Source of the DNA: Lingula anatina
Lineage: Eukaryota > Animalia > Brachiopoda
Assembly (NCBI GenBank): GCA_051362555.1
Contig: CM120640.1
Coordinates: 39,100,788-39,164,787, forward strand
Direction of reading: 5' to 3'
Length of the DNA: 64,000 nt
A model generated the notes under the pieces. That model worked only from the letters and a program-made list of their open reading frames with translations, ran no database searches and was not told the origin of the DNA. Positions 24,122 through 37,159 of this stretch are shown here, one piece after another. Every line of letters starts with the position of its first letter. Within the stretch, counting starts at the first letter, position 1. Both the position numbers and the translations under genes were made by a program.

Positions 24122-25253
24122 CTACCAGAAAATCTTAAAGAAGTCGACCACACGTGTCTTCCAATCCTTTATCTTCCTTTTGCATTCCGTCGGCTCCGAA
24201 TCGGTAACAAATTTGATTCGCCCTTCCAAGCCGTGAATTAGGGGAGAATACTTCCTGATGTAGGCCATCATGATATCTGCATCAAGGACGTCTGTAAGAG
24301 AGTCATTTCAGTATAAAATGATATAGGGAAAATATTGTATGGATGCGTAAATAGATCAATTAATTGAAAAAAGTTAATAAGGCACTAAAAGGAATGGCTT
24401 TAGTACGTTTGATAAAATTGTATTTAATCAATCAAATTATATATATATAAAAAAAAAATCGCGTGATTGCATTTTTCACATTAAAGTCATTATTTGGTTT
24501 ATTGTAAAACATACAGTAGCCTACCAATTCCATATCGAAAGAGAATGTTGTTCTTCAAAACTTCATAACCGTCACCACCTCCCAGTAGGAATGTTGAAGT
24601 TGCAACATTGTATAATTGGGTCTCTACAAGGGGTTTGAACTCGGGGACGACACAGTCTGCGCATCTTACATCAAGACTGACAACTCGGCTACCCACCGGC
24701 TTAGAAACGTCATACACCACCCGTAAACCTTGGCGCAACGACAAAATATTTATCTATGATGATGCGTTCAGACAAAAGCCACTAGTTAAAACGATACGGT
24801 ACTAATATACGACCAAATACTTCTTTAAGTGGTTATCATAATGAAACATTTCATTTTTTTTCTTTCTAGGTGATAAAAGATGTTAGGTTTGGATCTTTAT
24901 CACAAAAATACAGATATTATATTCAAAATGATAACTTACATTTACAATTCATATGAAAGTAATGTAGCTCCATTAATTTATAATACCGGGGTACAACATA
25001 AATTATATTCATTTCTTACCCGAGATCTGCAAGAAACGGCCTCGTCCCGACTCCATGTTGAACACGGAATGTTCCATGATGGCCCACAGCGCACTGCCGT
25101 TTATCTGGACTATATCTACGCCGTTACCAAAGGGGAATATACTGAGGACGTCTGATACAAGTATGTCACCTGTAATGAGAAAAAAAAATAATTGCAACAA
25201 TCGGTCCAATTATATTTTTTATTTTTGTTGGATAGTCAAAGAGAGAGAGAAAG

Positions 25254-25310
<57 letters not shown>

Positions 25311-28300
25311 GGGGTGATACCTATATCGAATGACGACCGTATTCCGCCACCATTCCAAAATCCAATTGAGACATTAGTCCATCGAGTTTTGTCTTGGGAT
25401 GGCTGTAAAAATGCGTGCACCAATGCGTCTGCTACGAAGTTACCTGGTCATTAAAGTAAAGAGCATGTTTCAAGTTTGCTATTTGCACTACAATAAATAA
25501 GTAAATAAATAAATAAATAGTAATAATAATAAAAGAAAACTGAAAATGACATCAAATTATCAAAAAAAAAAAAAAAAAAAAAAAACAATATAGATCCGAC
25601 TTTAAGAATAAAATATTAGCTAACAAAGAAAATACATTTTACTGATCAGTTTTCAGTTCACATGTATTATCCCAGTTTGTATCTTTTTGATGCAGGTACT
25701 GTAAATTCTAAAGCATAAGATTAAATACAGAAATGTTCGACCAAAGTCGAAAGGATCTCTCACCCAGACTGCATTCACGGGATATACAGCCTTCGGTATC
25801 CAACGCGACCAGACTACTGCCTATTTTTTCTGCACCAAATTCTGCTACTTTTTTCTTCCATGGTTCCAACTCTATCAGCATCGCATTATCTTAAGAAAGA
25901 AATGAAAATGCGTGGGTTAACTGAAATCAACATTAATTATTAGCCAGACATTGCATATACATGTACTAGAGGGCGTAATGTGGACTGTTGAAAGTAATTA
26001 GTACTTGTTTCTGCTGTCTCACAGCCTGTATATTTTTTCAAACAAAGGAAAACATGTTGAAAATGCAAAAGAAACCGCAGTACAATTTTAAACAAGATGT
26101 ATTGTGCAGTGAAATAAAATTCAATAGACTGACTATCAAAAGTTCAGAAAGTTATGGGGAATGACATTACGCTTCAAAAATAATTTGAGTTTTGAGTTTC
26201 AGATAAACATTTTGGAAAAAAAGTACATACACTGATGTTACCCTTACCTTCAGGAATAGAGTTATCCAATAATATGGGATTTCCATTCCATGACGTAATG
26301 ATCCCCGCTGGATCAAATGTGACGTGTAGATGACCTAGATATTTGGCGTAATGGTAAGCAGTGACGAACAGCACTTCGCTTCCCGATGGTTGAGTAATGA
26401 TCATTGGATAATCACCAACAGGAGTTTCCCTGGACGGTGGTGGGCCTGTTAGAAATAGTATGAACAGAAATATTTACTTGTGCGTAGTTGTGTGTTTGGT
26501 TATGCACGTGTGGACATGCGTGTATTCTTATGACTACATTTAGCAGTCATAAGTAGTAAGCACCGATTATTATTATTATTATTATATGTGACATTAAGAA
26601 TGGTAATATATCCTTGGTAACGTGAACTGGTTAGAAAAAAATCACAAACGTTGCGCATCCATTAAAAAAGTATATAGGTACCAACAACAACAACAACAAA
26701 AAAAAGACACGTTAGCAAAAATAACAGTCAGATACGGATATTACTCATTCAATTATCGTACCAGAATAGAGAAACTTATGACTGTGCCCGCCAACAACTA
26801 TGTCCAGTCCTGTGACAAGTTCAGCGACCTTTTGATTCACTATAAACCCAGCGTGGCCAAGTCCAATGATCTTATTTATGCCTTGGGATGTTAACTTGTC
26901 AACCTCTGCTTGGACAGCCTCTACCTCGTCAGTGAATATTAGGTCACCTAAGATGAAATATAATTAACCTATCAAATACGGAGTCCTTGCGAAATGAAAT
27001 GGATAGGTTAAATTATGGCTGACAGATGATTTTCATTAACTTCGAATAGAGGCGAGTGAAATTGTTGTTCACTCGCTGTTCATTGAAATATTTCTTGAAA
27101 ACATCTACCAACTGAGCATGAAACTTTTGAGATATCATAAATATCAAGTGTTGTTTCAGACGAGAAATAATATTCCAACAGAAACTTTAGTTTGCAGATT
27201 ATTTAAAAAATACACATTCTCCAAAAACAAAGTAGTCCTTATATAATTGGACCGAATTAAATTTCTTTTTTCTTCTCCTTATTTCCAACGTCAGACTACA
27301 TGGTATATAGGGGGCCTAACAAAGCACAAATGTAGAGAAAAAAGAGAAAAATGGTAGATCTCTTTTATATTTTCTTAATTCAGAAATCATGAAGTTACAG
27401 GTACTTCTGCTTCTTAAAACAGCACCTGGATATGACAGAGAAGGTGTTTTGCTATGGGCAAACCCCACTATTCCGATACGTTCTCCACTGACGCTGAGTA
27501 CGTGTGACTTCTTGATCAAGCCCTGCAGTTCAGGGACTTTGCTGGCGTCAATATTAGCGGCAACTACCGGGAACGACGCGTTGTCAATTAGGGACAGTAC
27601 ACCTGATACGCCGTTGTCAAACTCGTGATTGCCAAGTACCTGAAGAACAAGGTGATTAATACCAGAATTATGAGTCAAGTAAACACGCGCATACTCACAT
27701 ATTTTTCTTACTTTTTTCTTTATTTTATTTCATTTTATTATTATTATAATTTTTTTTATAGATGAACTGTGAAGATGTAGAACATTGCCGTCAAACGCAT
27801 ACAGTTCTATGTTAGTTACAGAAATGCATGAATACAATATTAGATACGCACGAAAATAAATGTGACCAGTATAGGACTACACATCTTAACAAGTGGAGCG
27901 TTTTAGCCCTTGCTTGTCATTAAATGGCAGTTAACAAATGAAGAAGTAATTCAAGTCTCAATAAATTAAATTGCGGTTACTGTCAATGCAAATGTTCTCT
28001 CTCTCCATGTGTTCACATTTTGGAAGGGTTCAGTGCAATTTCATGTTGTCGTGATTTGTATATTTGTTACTACAATATGGCACATTGAATTTCGTACAAC
28101 TTAATAAACACCGAGATCTACGCGTTTAGTGATGCGGGAAAAACTATTTTTGTGATCTCAAGTGTTTTTGGCGAAGAGATATTTCAACAGTAGAAGTGAC
28201 CGATTCCAACTTGAATTGCTAAACATTTGTGTATTTCATTGACCTAACAAGCTAACTTCTTTATTTGAAAGAAAATTTCTAAAAAATTTCGGAGACTTCA

Positions 28301-28711
28301 AAGTTTAACAACGATTCTTATTTAAAAGACACACGTGGAAGAGACCTACCCACTGCAATACATTTAAGAGCTTTTTTTTTTACTTACCATAGCATCATAG
28401 CCCAGTCTGTTCATGAAATGTGTCGCTGCCAAGCCATGGTAGATAGAAAACCACAGGGTCCCTTGCCACTGGTCCCCGGCGTCCAGCAGTATGACGTTCC
28501 GCTCAGAGTTGCGAATTTCATTTATTTTTGTAGTTCTGCGGGCGACTCCTCCGAAACATTGACCCACAGCTGCCTCGTCCTCGGAGCAGCGGCCTCCGTA
28601 CTTATCGAATTGCTCGATATGCGCGTGAACATCATTTGTGTGTAAGATAGTCAAGTCAAATCCCTGGCTTAGTGCTAAACACAGGATGTTGAAGACAACT
28701 AACGCCCTCAT
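24122..28711 (-). CDS. NT5E: Ecto-5'-nucleotidase / apyrase family (CD73-like), 9 exons, 564 aa, signal peptide
   Basis: Exons (minus strand) 28711-28388, 27639-27426, 26947-26762, 26445-26248, 25889-25764, 25443-25321, 25169-25020, 24728-24525 and 24291-24122; GT-AG, 1695 nt in frame. Metallophosphoesterase motifs HTNDVHA, LLDAGD, GNHEFD, LGHAG and GGHSH; substrate-domain motifs NGGGIRS, FPFGN and GGDGY. Orthology versus paralogy to NT5E cannot be resolved by eye. Confidence 0.92.
25240..25314. repeat. Compound (GT)n(GA)n(G)n microsatellite in NT5E intron 6
   Basis: Directly visible. Confidence 0.9.
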
Positions 28712-29373
28712 GCTCGCTGTTTTTATCGGTGGTTTGGTGAACTAACTACGCTGGAAAGACATCAAGAGCGTGACTTGAATTTTAAAGTGGCTATTACATT
28801 CGACTACATGACAAAGAAGGTTGGGGCCATTCTAAAAGTTCACATGATTTCCCTTAATATAGAATTGATTAAATTTTGACGCTGAACACCACCCGTATCT
28901 GTAAACAATAGGTGAAAATAGGTACAATCATGATCAAGGTCTGACAGTGAGCATTAGAACTTATTTTGAAGCTAAATTAAAGTATGTCCATTATGGCCTT
29001 ATATTTCTTTTCAAAATCCGCAAAATATAGCAGATATTTGTCTGATGCTCAGGAACTTGCGGTTTTCAATTTCTTTAAATTTGTGCAAATTAAGTCACGT
29101 CGACTATCTTTGATAAAAATTGTAATAAATCCAATGTCGCTTATCAATATTTAAATATAATTATTTCAACTTTTTTCTTAAAAAAAGTTATCGAGATTTC
29201 TTGGAAAAAGATGACTATGGTATGAAAAGGCTGAGGGGCACTGGGCATATATTTGTATTTCGATACGCAGGTTTAGATGTTTGGTTTACAAAGGGCCGTT
29301 TAAATAGTCAAGCACAATCTTCCCCAAGTTGAATTTTTTCTCTCTGACGCACACGTGTACGGGTGCGCGCACG

Positions 29374-29376
<3 letters not shown>

Positions 29377-29413
<37 letters not shown>
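29377..29413. repeat. (AC)n microsatellite
   Basis: Directly visible. Confidence 0.9.
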
Positions 29414-29414
<1 letters not shown>

Positions 29415-29762
29415 TTTCGTAGCAGTCAGAAATAAAGCGGTCCTTAACCGTTGTGGTATACAAGTAATATGATTCACATATCACGATAATTGACATCACG
29501 TAGGTTGTCAGAGATTAAACAAACAAAAACATAGAGGGTTATTGTAACCATGCATAACTTCAACAACTGGCGTTTCAAGAGGGTCCCCTGATTCATTATT
29601 TTGCCAGAAAATATTGGCTGAAAAAACATATCATAGCGACAAATAACTGCCGTATTAGAAACTGTGCTTAAAATGTATCACTAGGCAAATAAGAAGTATG
29701 TTTGGTCTGTAGGTCCATTTATGTGACTACCATATAACCACCATATAGGCTTAACTATGTCT

Positions 29763-29806
29763 ATGTCTCTGAAATCCCTCCTGACATCAGCTAAAGTGAA
29801 AAACAG
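29763..29806 (+). CDS. Candidate alternative first exon V1a of ADGB (MSLKSLLTSAKVKN-S)
   Basis: ATG 29763 (or in-frame 29757) to AACAG|gtaacg; 44 nt, phase 2. An X-box-like gtaaccatgcataac lies at 29544-29558. Confidence 0.55.
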
Positions 29807-30940
29807 GTAACGTAGCTTATTTCTAGTTGTAACCTAAATTGTCGATATAACATTGTAATATAGAATAAAAAGAATAGTAAGTTTAACTTTGATAAAGAAG
29901 TCTCTGTTGCCGGATATTAGGTTGACAGACAAACTTAAAATGAAAACTTGGCCCTGGAATACCGAGCGTTATACCACACCTGACAAGAGGGTCTCTTTGA
30001 ATAAAAAAGGCTAGGTGAGCTGATCAATGTTATGTCCTCGAAGGACAAGCACAAATGTCTAGCTTAAATCCTATACACTGAATAAAATAGGCCTACATAT
30101 AATTGAACTTAAGCAAAATTTAAACATCAGAATTCTTCCATTAAAAAAAGAAGGGAAAAGCGGGGATGCGCTGTCTCGTAACTCTTCTCCCTCCCCGTCT
30201 CCCGCCCCTTATTCTTGCTCCAAAAATGTGAGAGCGAAATTATGCTTCTCTTTTATATTTATAGAGCTAAGCGAGGCAAAGCTATTTTATTCTTGTGACT
30301 CCTGGATCTGGAAGTGCTATAGACCTATTAGTTATGAGTCACAAAGTCAATTTTATGTTTAAAACACAGGCTCGTCATTAAACTGGCCATACTATTCATG
30401 TACATTAGTACTTGTATGTCCAAGTTATTGTATTACTAAGCCTTAGTCTATAGAAGTAGGAAAAAAATTTAATTTACCTATAGTTCCAGGCGCTCTTGTG
30501 TATTCTTCCGACGTTGTTGATCAGCCCAAGTAAATGTGAAGTAAAACTTTTACTCAATTTGTAACGAAAGGGATTCGTTACCATCGCATAAGGGTCATTA
30601 GCATGATAAAGCATGTACATACAATTTGTAATGTTTGGTAATTGTCTGGTGTTAATCTGCCACTGCGCTTTGATCGTTTTTATAACAAGTCTGTATTCAT
30701 TTCAAAGCATCATTTAATGTTTTTCTATGTGACACTGGTGTCAGATAGAATTAGGCCTACTTGATATGAAGCATTATTTTAACAGGCATTTGGATTTCTA
30801 AAAAGCCTACCCGCACTGTATGACAAAATAAAAACAAAAGTCGTGAACAATGATAGATCGTTCATATTTTATTATTCAATTTTGAAAAAAAATTTATGGC
30901 TGTTATCACTTTCCTGACATAGCCGTGTTTTCGAGTAACT

Positions 30941-31038
30941 GTGTGTGTGTGTGTGTGTGTTTGTTTGTGTGGGTGCGTGCGTACATACATTATATTATAT
31001 TATATTATATTATATTATATTATATTATATTATATTAT
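30941..31038. repeat. (GT)n and (TATAT)n microsatellites
   Basis: Directly visible. Confidence 0.9.
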
Positions 31039-31095
31039 ATTATATTATATTATATTATGTAGCCTGCCTGTCATAACATCATATATTTTTTTCAG

Positions 31096-31194
31096 TGAGC
31101 ACGATGATTCAGGCAGCGAAACAAAATCGAGAAGAGCGTCAATGATGACGAGAAGTGCTTCAAAAATGGCTTATCGGGACAACCCCAGCCCGGA
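31096..31194 (+). CDS. Symmetric phase 2-2 exon V1b (EHDDSGSETKSRRASMMTRSASKMAYRDNPSP-E), likely follows V1a
   Basis: tttttttcag| acceptor, |gtaagt donor, 99 nt, open frame. Confidence 0.65.
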
Positions 31195-32390
31195 GTAAGT
31201 AAACATCCGTTAGGTGGCAGCAGTGTAGAAGTCGTAAAGGGAACGTCATTCTATCTTTGGATGAAAAGCATTTAGTTTGTTCAAAGATAGCCACACGCGT
31301 TGACGGAATATCTCAGTACATATAATTCTGCTGTGCAGGAATTTATTAGCTTTGCGCAGTGGCGGTACCATAGCCAATGAGGTTTATCCGAGGCGTGGTT
31401 ATTGCTAGTTGAAAACTATACCCAATACCCCGCACTGACGACGTGAAATACCGTCGGTAGTGCAATTTTTGAACGCCTCTACGGGGGCAGAAAACAAATA
31501 ATGATCCTGTGATATATCCACGCCTCTCATAATTTTAACTGTAACGTTTCTTATCATGAAGAAATTAATTGTACTTAGGGCTCCGTCTTAGGCTCCTTAT
31601 TTTTTGTTATTTATTTATTTTTATAAATACCTCTCCCTACGAGGGCGCTCAAAATCACATAAATGAACAGAATGAACAAGGCCTTGATGGATAGATGAAT
31701 GAATATTTTTAATAATTGATTCATTCATTGAATAAACTATTGTTTGGTTTATTAACTGGGTGATTGGTAGATATTAATGAGCATCAGTTTTAGTTAATAT
31801 CTTAGAAATGATGTTTATTGTGATGGCAATAAAATTAAGATGCGAAATTATTTTGTGTTACAAAGCAGTTACTAATCGAAACGAAATAAACCAATTTCAA
31901 CTACATTATGTAGACAATGCCTAACTTAGCAATACAGGGGAAAGGTAAATAGACTTTTATTAGTGCAGGTATCAGATAAAGTAAAACACAAAAGACACGC
32001 GCAAATAAAAACAAGCTAGTTACACATCCTATTTGCGTTACAGACAATGATAGCGTACAGAGTTGATACTCGGTAAACATGACATTACATTTTATTGCAC
32101 CTGTAGAAAAACATTTGATACAAAATCATTATTGGAGTATTACGGGGCCCAATTTAACAGTCATCAAATATTCATATCAATCGATTGGTAACTAGCGATT
32201 TCATGATCGGATCAGCGACGTCGCATATGCTAACAATCGATATCTTCACCAGAACGACGCTTTGTCACCCATTTGTGGACGGCAACCAGTCATCTGTGGA
32301 CCCTTATTCCGGTGACAATACGGTCACAGGCATTGTTTCGCTAACCCGATACAATTCTTCGGATAATTAGTCAGCAAGTAATTAGTTGCT

Positions 32391-32851
32391 ATGAGTTCCA
32401 AGCCTGACCCCGCTCCTCCGTCGGAGTCAGCAACAACTACGCCTGGTGCTAAATTAAAAGGCCGCAGTTTTAAAAGCTTGGTGACAGGGATACAGACGCT
32501 GAATAAACTAAGAATGAGCAAAGTTGGTAACCCGACCGAGTCACCGTCGGGGAACAGGAGGGTTTCTGTCTCCTTCGCTCCGGGAGTGGGTGAAAAGGGA
32601 GAGAAGTCGGACAGCTCTTTAATCTCCAGTTCTAGTGGCGGCGGTGGTGGTGGTGGTGGTGGTGTTGGTAGCTTGGGGACGGCGGCTGCAAGTCGTGACC
32701 CGGGGAGTAGTAATACCAATACAACCAAGTCAGAGGCCCAAGGGACAAAGTCGCCACCTTCGGGAGCTGTGAAAAAACGAAACTCTGCAAGTGATATTAA
32801 AGGAAGTCCCCACACGGAGGGCGCGCCTCCTCAGAGAAAAGGAAGCAGCAC
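32391..32851 (+). CDS. Candidate alternative first exon V2 (153 aa, Ser/Gly-rich disordered)
   Basis: ATG to AGCAC|gtgagt; 461 nt, phase 2; GC-rich coding-like island in an AT-rich background. Confidence 0.7.
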
Positions 32852-34139
32852 GTGAGTTCTCCATACAAAAATTTAGAAAAAAGAATAGATAAATAAATGG
32901 ATAGTAGATATAGGCTTTTTATCGATTTTTTTTACCTTTGTTAAATATTTTCTATTAGATTTTTGACTTTGTCCCTTGTGCCGTGAAAAAAAAATCATCC
33001 TAACAAATTGTTTGCTTTTTAATTTAATGCAAGGATAAGTGTTTGGCCCTTATCCAAACTTTGCATCTTGGTCTTCGAGCTTCTGTGTTGCATTTTGAAA
33101 TTAAGCTCCTATTTTTTAATATTTCTCCTGTACGTGTGGGCTTTATTTCTGCTCTGCCGTTAAGTTAAATTGTCATCCTTTTTTCGATTTCATTTGGGAA
33201 TCCCAATGATTCTACAATAGGGGAAAGCAAAATGACAGACAAAAAAATCAATAGACATAAATCATTTGTTGTAAAAAATCGGTTCTAAGATGTGAAAATG
33301 TTGATACTTTGATCAGCATAGCTAAACAGCTATTGTTCCGAATCGGTATTATAACACTATCGTATATATTGTTTCTTTTGTTACCAGTCACGTGAGCGCA
33401 AAACTACACGCACGAGCACCTGTTATTGTGTGCTGTTTACGGTCCGCATCTTTGTTACTTTCAAAATGAACTGATGTTTTGCATAATTTCTATTATCAAT
33501 TACTCTGGTGTAGTAAGCTACACAGGTTATTGTTGTCGGGGCGGTTAGTTCAACTTCTTTGTCACTGTTGGGCTCGGACACTGTTATCCCTGCATTCATG
33601 TGTGCGACCCTGGGTCATGGTTCAGTTTAGCCAGGAGGCGAGTGAAGTAATCTTCAGGTTGGATTGGGTTAATAAATTTGCGAGTTTGATGGAATTTTGC
33701 CCCACGTGCATGTTCTCTCGTTGAGCGAAAAATGTCATCACAGTGGTCCTGATGTTTACTACTGGATGTTAATGATCAAATACACAGCCAAAATTGTCTC
33801 ATTCGCCCCCCTTCAAATTTTAACTTTATTCCGGTATATGACTGTGTGCAAAAGTAGGCCTAAACTATTTGCATTTTAAATGATTTTCATATAGTTAAGT
33901 ATATGAGCTACAATAGACGAGTTAAGATACATTCTTAATCTTATTACACAATCCGTGTTGTCTCTGATCAAAGACATGATTAAGGCAACGCAAATGGAAA
34001 CACGCCATCAACCGCATAAGACCTGCTACCATAGAGTTACGTTGTCAGGGATTTGACACTGGATGGTGTAATTCAAGTTGAAATGTGATAGATATACATT
34101 AGATTTTGAACTTTTTTATGAATCCTTAAAGAAGTGACA

Positions 34140-34270
34140 ATGAAAGGGGGACTGTTAAAGTTAACAAAGGCCCTCAAGGGTGGCCAGGATGGATCGGCAA
34201 CAGCTGACAAACCTGCTGGAACAGAGAGCCCCACGGCGGCTATGGACAAGCTCAACAGGCTTGTCAAGTC
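34140..34270 (+). CDS. Candidate alternative first exon V3 (MKGGLLKLTKALKGGQDGSATADKPAGTESPTAAMDKLNRLVK-S)
   Basis: acaATG to AAGTC|gtaagt; 131 nt, phase 2. Confidence 0.65.
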
Positions 34271-36659
34271 GTAAGTTGGTGCAACTATTCTTAAATTTCT
34301 TAAAATTCCTCCGATACTAACGCCACAGTGAGAAGATCTTTGCCTGTTTCAGTTAAAACAAAGAAATCTGGTTGCCATTCATGACAACTTCATGAAACCC
34401 TCTATTGGGAATCGGGAGGTTATTTGTAAGATGTTATTGATTTTAAAGATTTGATACATCTAACACGTACCACGCGTGTTGCTATTAATATTATTTCCAA
34501 GTTGAGATCTACAAAGCACGTTTTTTAATTTAAAGTAAAGCTAGACTATAACCAACTTAAAACTTACGGTTGATATCTTGAATCGATGAGAAGGATGTAA
34601 TTAGTACATTGATGCTCAGATGAGACGAATACATATAAAGTCAGCTTCCGCAGCTCTTCCAGGTGGATAGATAAATAGTCAGTAGAGGTTTAATCAGGCA
34701 TTGGTGGAATAACTGTGCATTCTCGTCTTTTTCATTTCGAACATGATATGGCCTTTAGAAACGGACCTTAATGCTCAAGAAAGTTTTAAGTTGAATAAGA
34801 TACGAAAGTAAAGGAGATTGATTCTAAGGCGCACTGAGGTCACAGTCAGATAAAAGGGGAAAGACTTCAGTGGGATTGTACAGTACCACAATGTGAATAT
34901 TACCTACATGTGTTAGGGGAAGCTGGCGCTATGTGCAATATTTTCAATATGACAAAGATCTCAAATTAATGTTAACACGTTTTACTGTTTTCAGAAAACG
35001 CGCTAAATTGATTTCTTACCGTATTAAGTGCCACGCAGAAATATTGAAATTGGATAGCTGATAAAGATATTATTGCATAGTGGAATATTGCAAAAATTAA
35101 GTAAAATGATAAGTGCAAGGTCACCACCGTAGGTTTTAGATCGCCAGTGAAATAAACAGGTGTTTCATGTCTGCGCTTCAATTCTTGTGTTTCATTGTCT
35201 TTTTTGTAAATGCGGTCAAACGCAAGTTAGCTACGTGTTACACAATCAAGGCAACTTTGAGATTCACGGATCACGGAAAGAAAACGAAACGTCGCCATTG
35301 TTTCATTACTTGCGTATTCAGGCATAAAATTGAATTAGTCGTGACCATTTGCACTAAACGACAGAGGAAAGCGGACCACTCCGTTCGTGTCACATCTAAC
35401 ACAATCGAAAAATTGTCTGCGCAATCACAACACAATAGTTCTTCATGGTTATAAGCTACATCAAGGTTATAAGATAAGAACTCCCCCATATAAGAATATT
35501 TGATGTTTTATATTGACTCTGTCTACAACTTATAATAATGACATTTTGGATTCTTATCGGAAACAACTTACATTTTCCCCAGGGTTTATTATAATGACAA
35601 ATCAAAAGCAATGACAAATCAAAAAGCAAGCAAACTGAAGCTCTTAACATATAATGGAGGGAGATCTTCTTATTTATATATGATCAAGCGTTGAGTGGTA
35701 CCTTCAGCTTATATTTTGAATTCTTGATTTGGGTAACGTTTGTTCAGACTCCTTTCTAACTTGGTGAATAGTGTCCATATTTCAGAGCTTCATAGAAGTA
35801 TTGGTTTTATTAAGGTGCGGAAGTCCTATTCGTGTCGATCTGATTGCAATATTTAGACTATGCTAAATCATAATACATTGCTTCAGAACCATTTAGTAAC
35901 ACAGCAGTTTGTTTTTTTAGCTTCTAGTCACGAAGTTTACATTAAGGCATGTCAAAGCCACGTGAGTTTAATGGTAGAATCTTAAACTTAAGTTTTGAAT
36001 TGAATAACATTTGACATCACCCTGGGGAGATCATAGTTGGCCCCTATATTTCTATTTATCAAGCACGTGTGCTATAATAACAGTCATTGCACAGACCTAT
36101 GTTGAAACCTCATAAAAAGAATAATTGCAGGCAAAACGTTTTGGTTGACAGACACAAGCATTGCGGCAGTCTTGTTTTCCATCATCATATCTTGTCCACT
36201 TTTTACTAAAAACATTATAACTCAAGAAACTGATAGCGGAAATGACGTCTGTCCCTAGAGAGACACGTGTGTGTGTGTGTGCTTGTTCTCACTTTCATCG
36301 TCGTACTGACTACTGGAGCTTATGCATCCTAAGTGCGCTAAACAAAGCGCTAATAACTCTGTATATTGAATTTGCTCCTGGAGTTAACTTAGCAGGATAG
36401 AACAAACAGTATCAACGGTCGATTGAGTCAAGGATTTATCAGAATAAAATAGACCAGAGCATTATGGGCGGAAATTCGAAACTTGATTGAAATCGACTTT
36501 TTTCGAAACAAGAGGGGCTGTTTTTGAACAGCAGCATTAGGACGGATGATTTGCCAGATACTTTAAACTGAATGCACCGTTACTTGGAGAAGGGCTATGA
36601 AATACGATTACTGGTTTAAGAAATATTTAGAGGATACTTGACATAACATCATCGAAACC

Positions 36660-37159
36660 ATGAATGAAGATGCGTCAAATAACGCTACCGGCGGATTGCA
36701 GGATGGTGATATAAAACTACTAAAAGGACTGAAGGGATTTTCTAGGGTTTTGAAATCTGGTACATTAAATTCTGCCAATGTGTCAAAAACTGAAAACAAT
36801 CAGGGCGCAGCAAAGAACGTGCAAAGATTGTTCCACAAAGAAGCCGCCGCGGAAAGACGGAAAAGTGATGCGGTAAAATCCACTACTTCTATGACTGGAG
36901 AAATGTCTGGAAAATTGCCGTCCATCGGTCGTCTGCTTAAAAACAGGTCCTTGTCAAGTTCTGCTGGTCTGATGAGAATGATAGAAACAGGAGGCAGTGG
37001 AGACGATCAAAATAAAACCGTTCATAAACTTCAGGCCATGTCCCAACTATTGTTAAAGGGTTCCCCGTCGCGAGCTGGAACAGCCGAAGATACTCGAGGG
37101 TCAAGCCCGGAAACTCGGATACGCTCGGCTATAATGGCCAAAAAGCTTATGTTGTTATC
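36660..37159 (+). CDS. Candidate alternative first exon V4 (166 aa)
   Basis: accATG to TTATC|gtaagt; 500 nt, phase 2. Confidence 0.7.

Noticed and set aside
24122-28711. NT5E acting as the phosphatase partner of the SPS-like enzymes (a mini pathway cluster)
   Set aside because: It has a signal peptide (extracellular) while the GTs look cytosolic, and it is a standard metazoan family. No HAD-type sucrose-phosphate phosphatase is visible in the window.
32324-32815. 163-aa antisense ORF (and similar antisense ORFs over the GT genes, NT5E, and at 49191 and 53190)
   Set aside because: These are shadow ORFs on the opposite strand of GC-richer coding exons.
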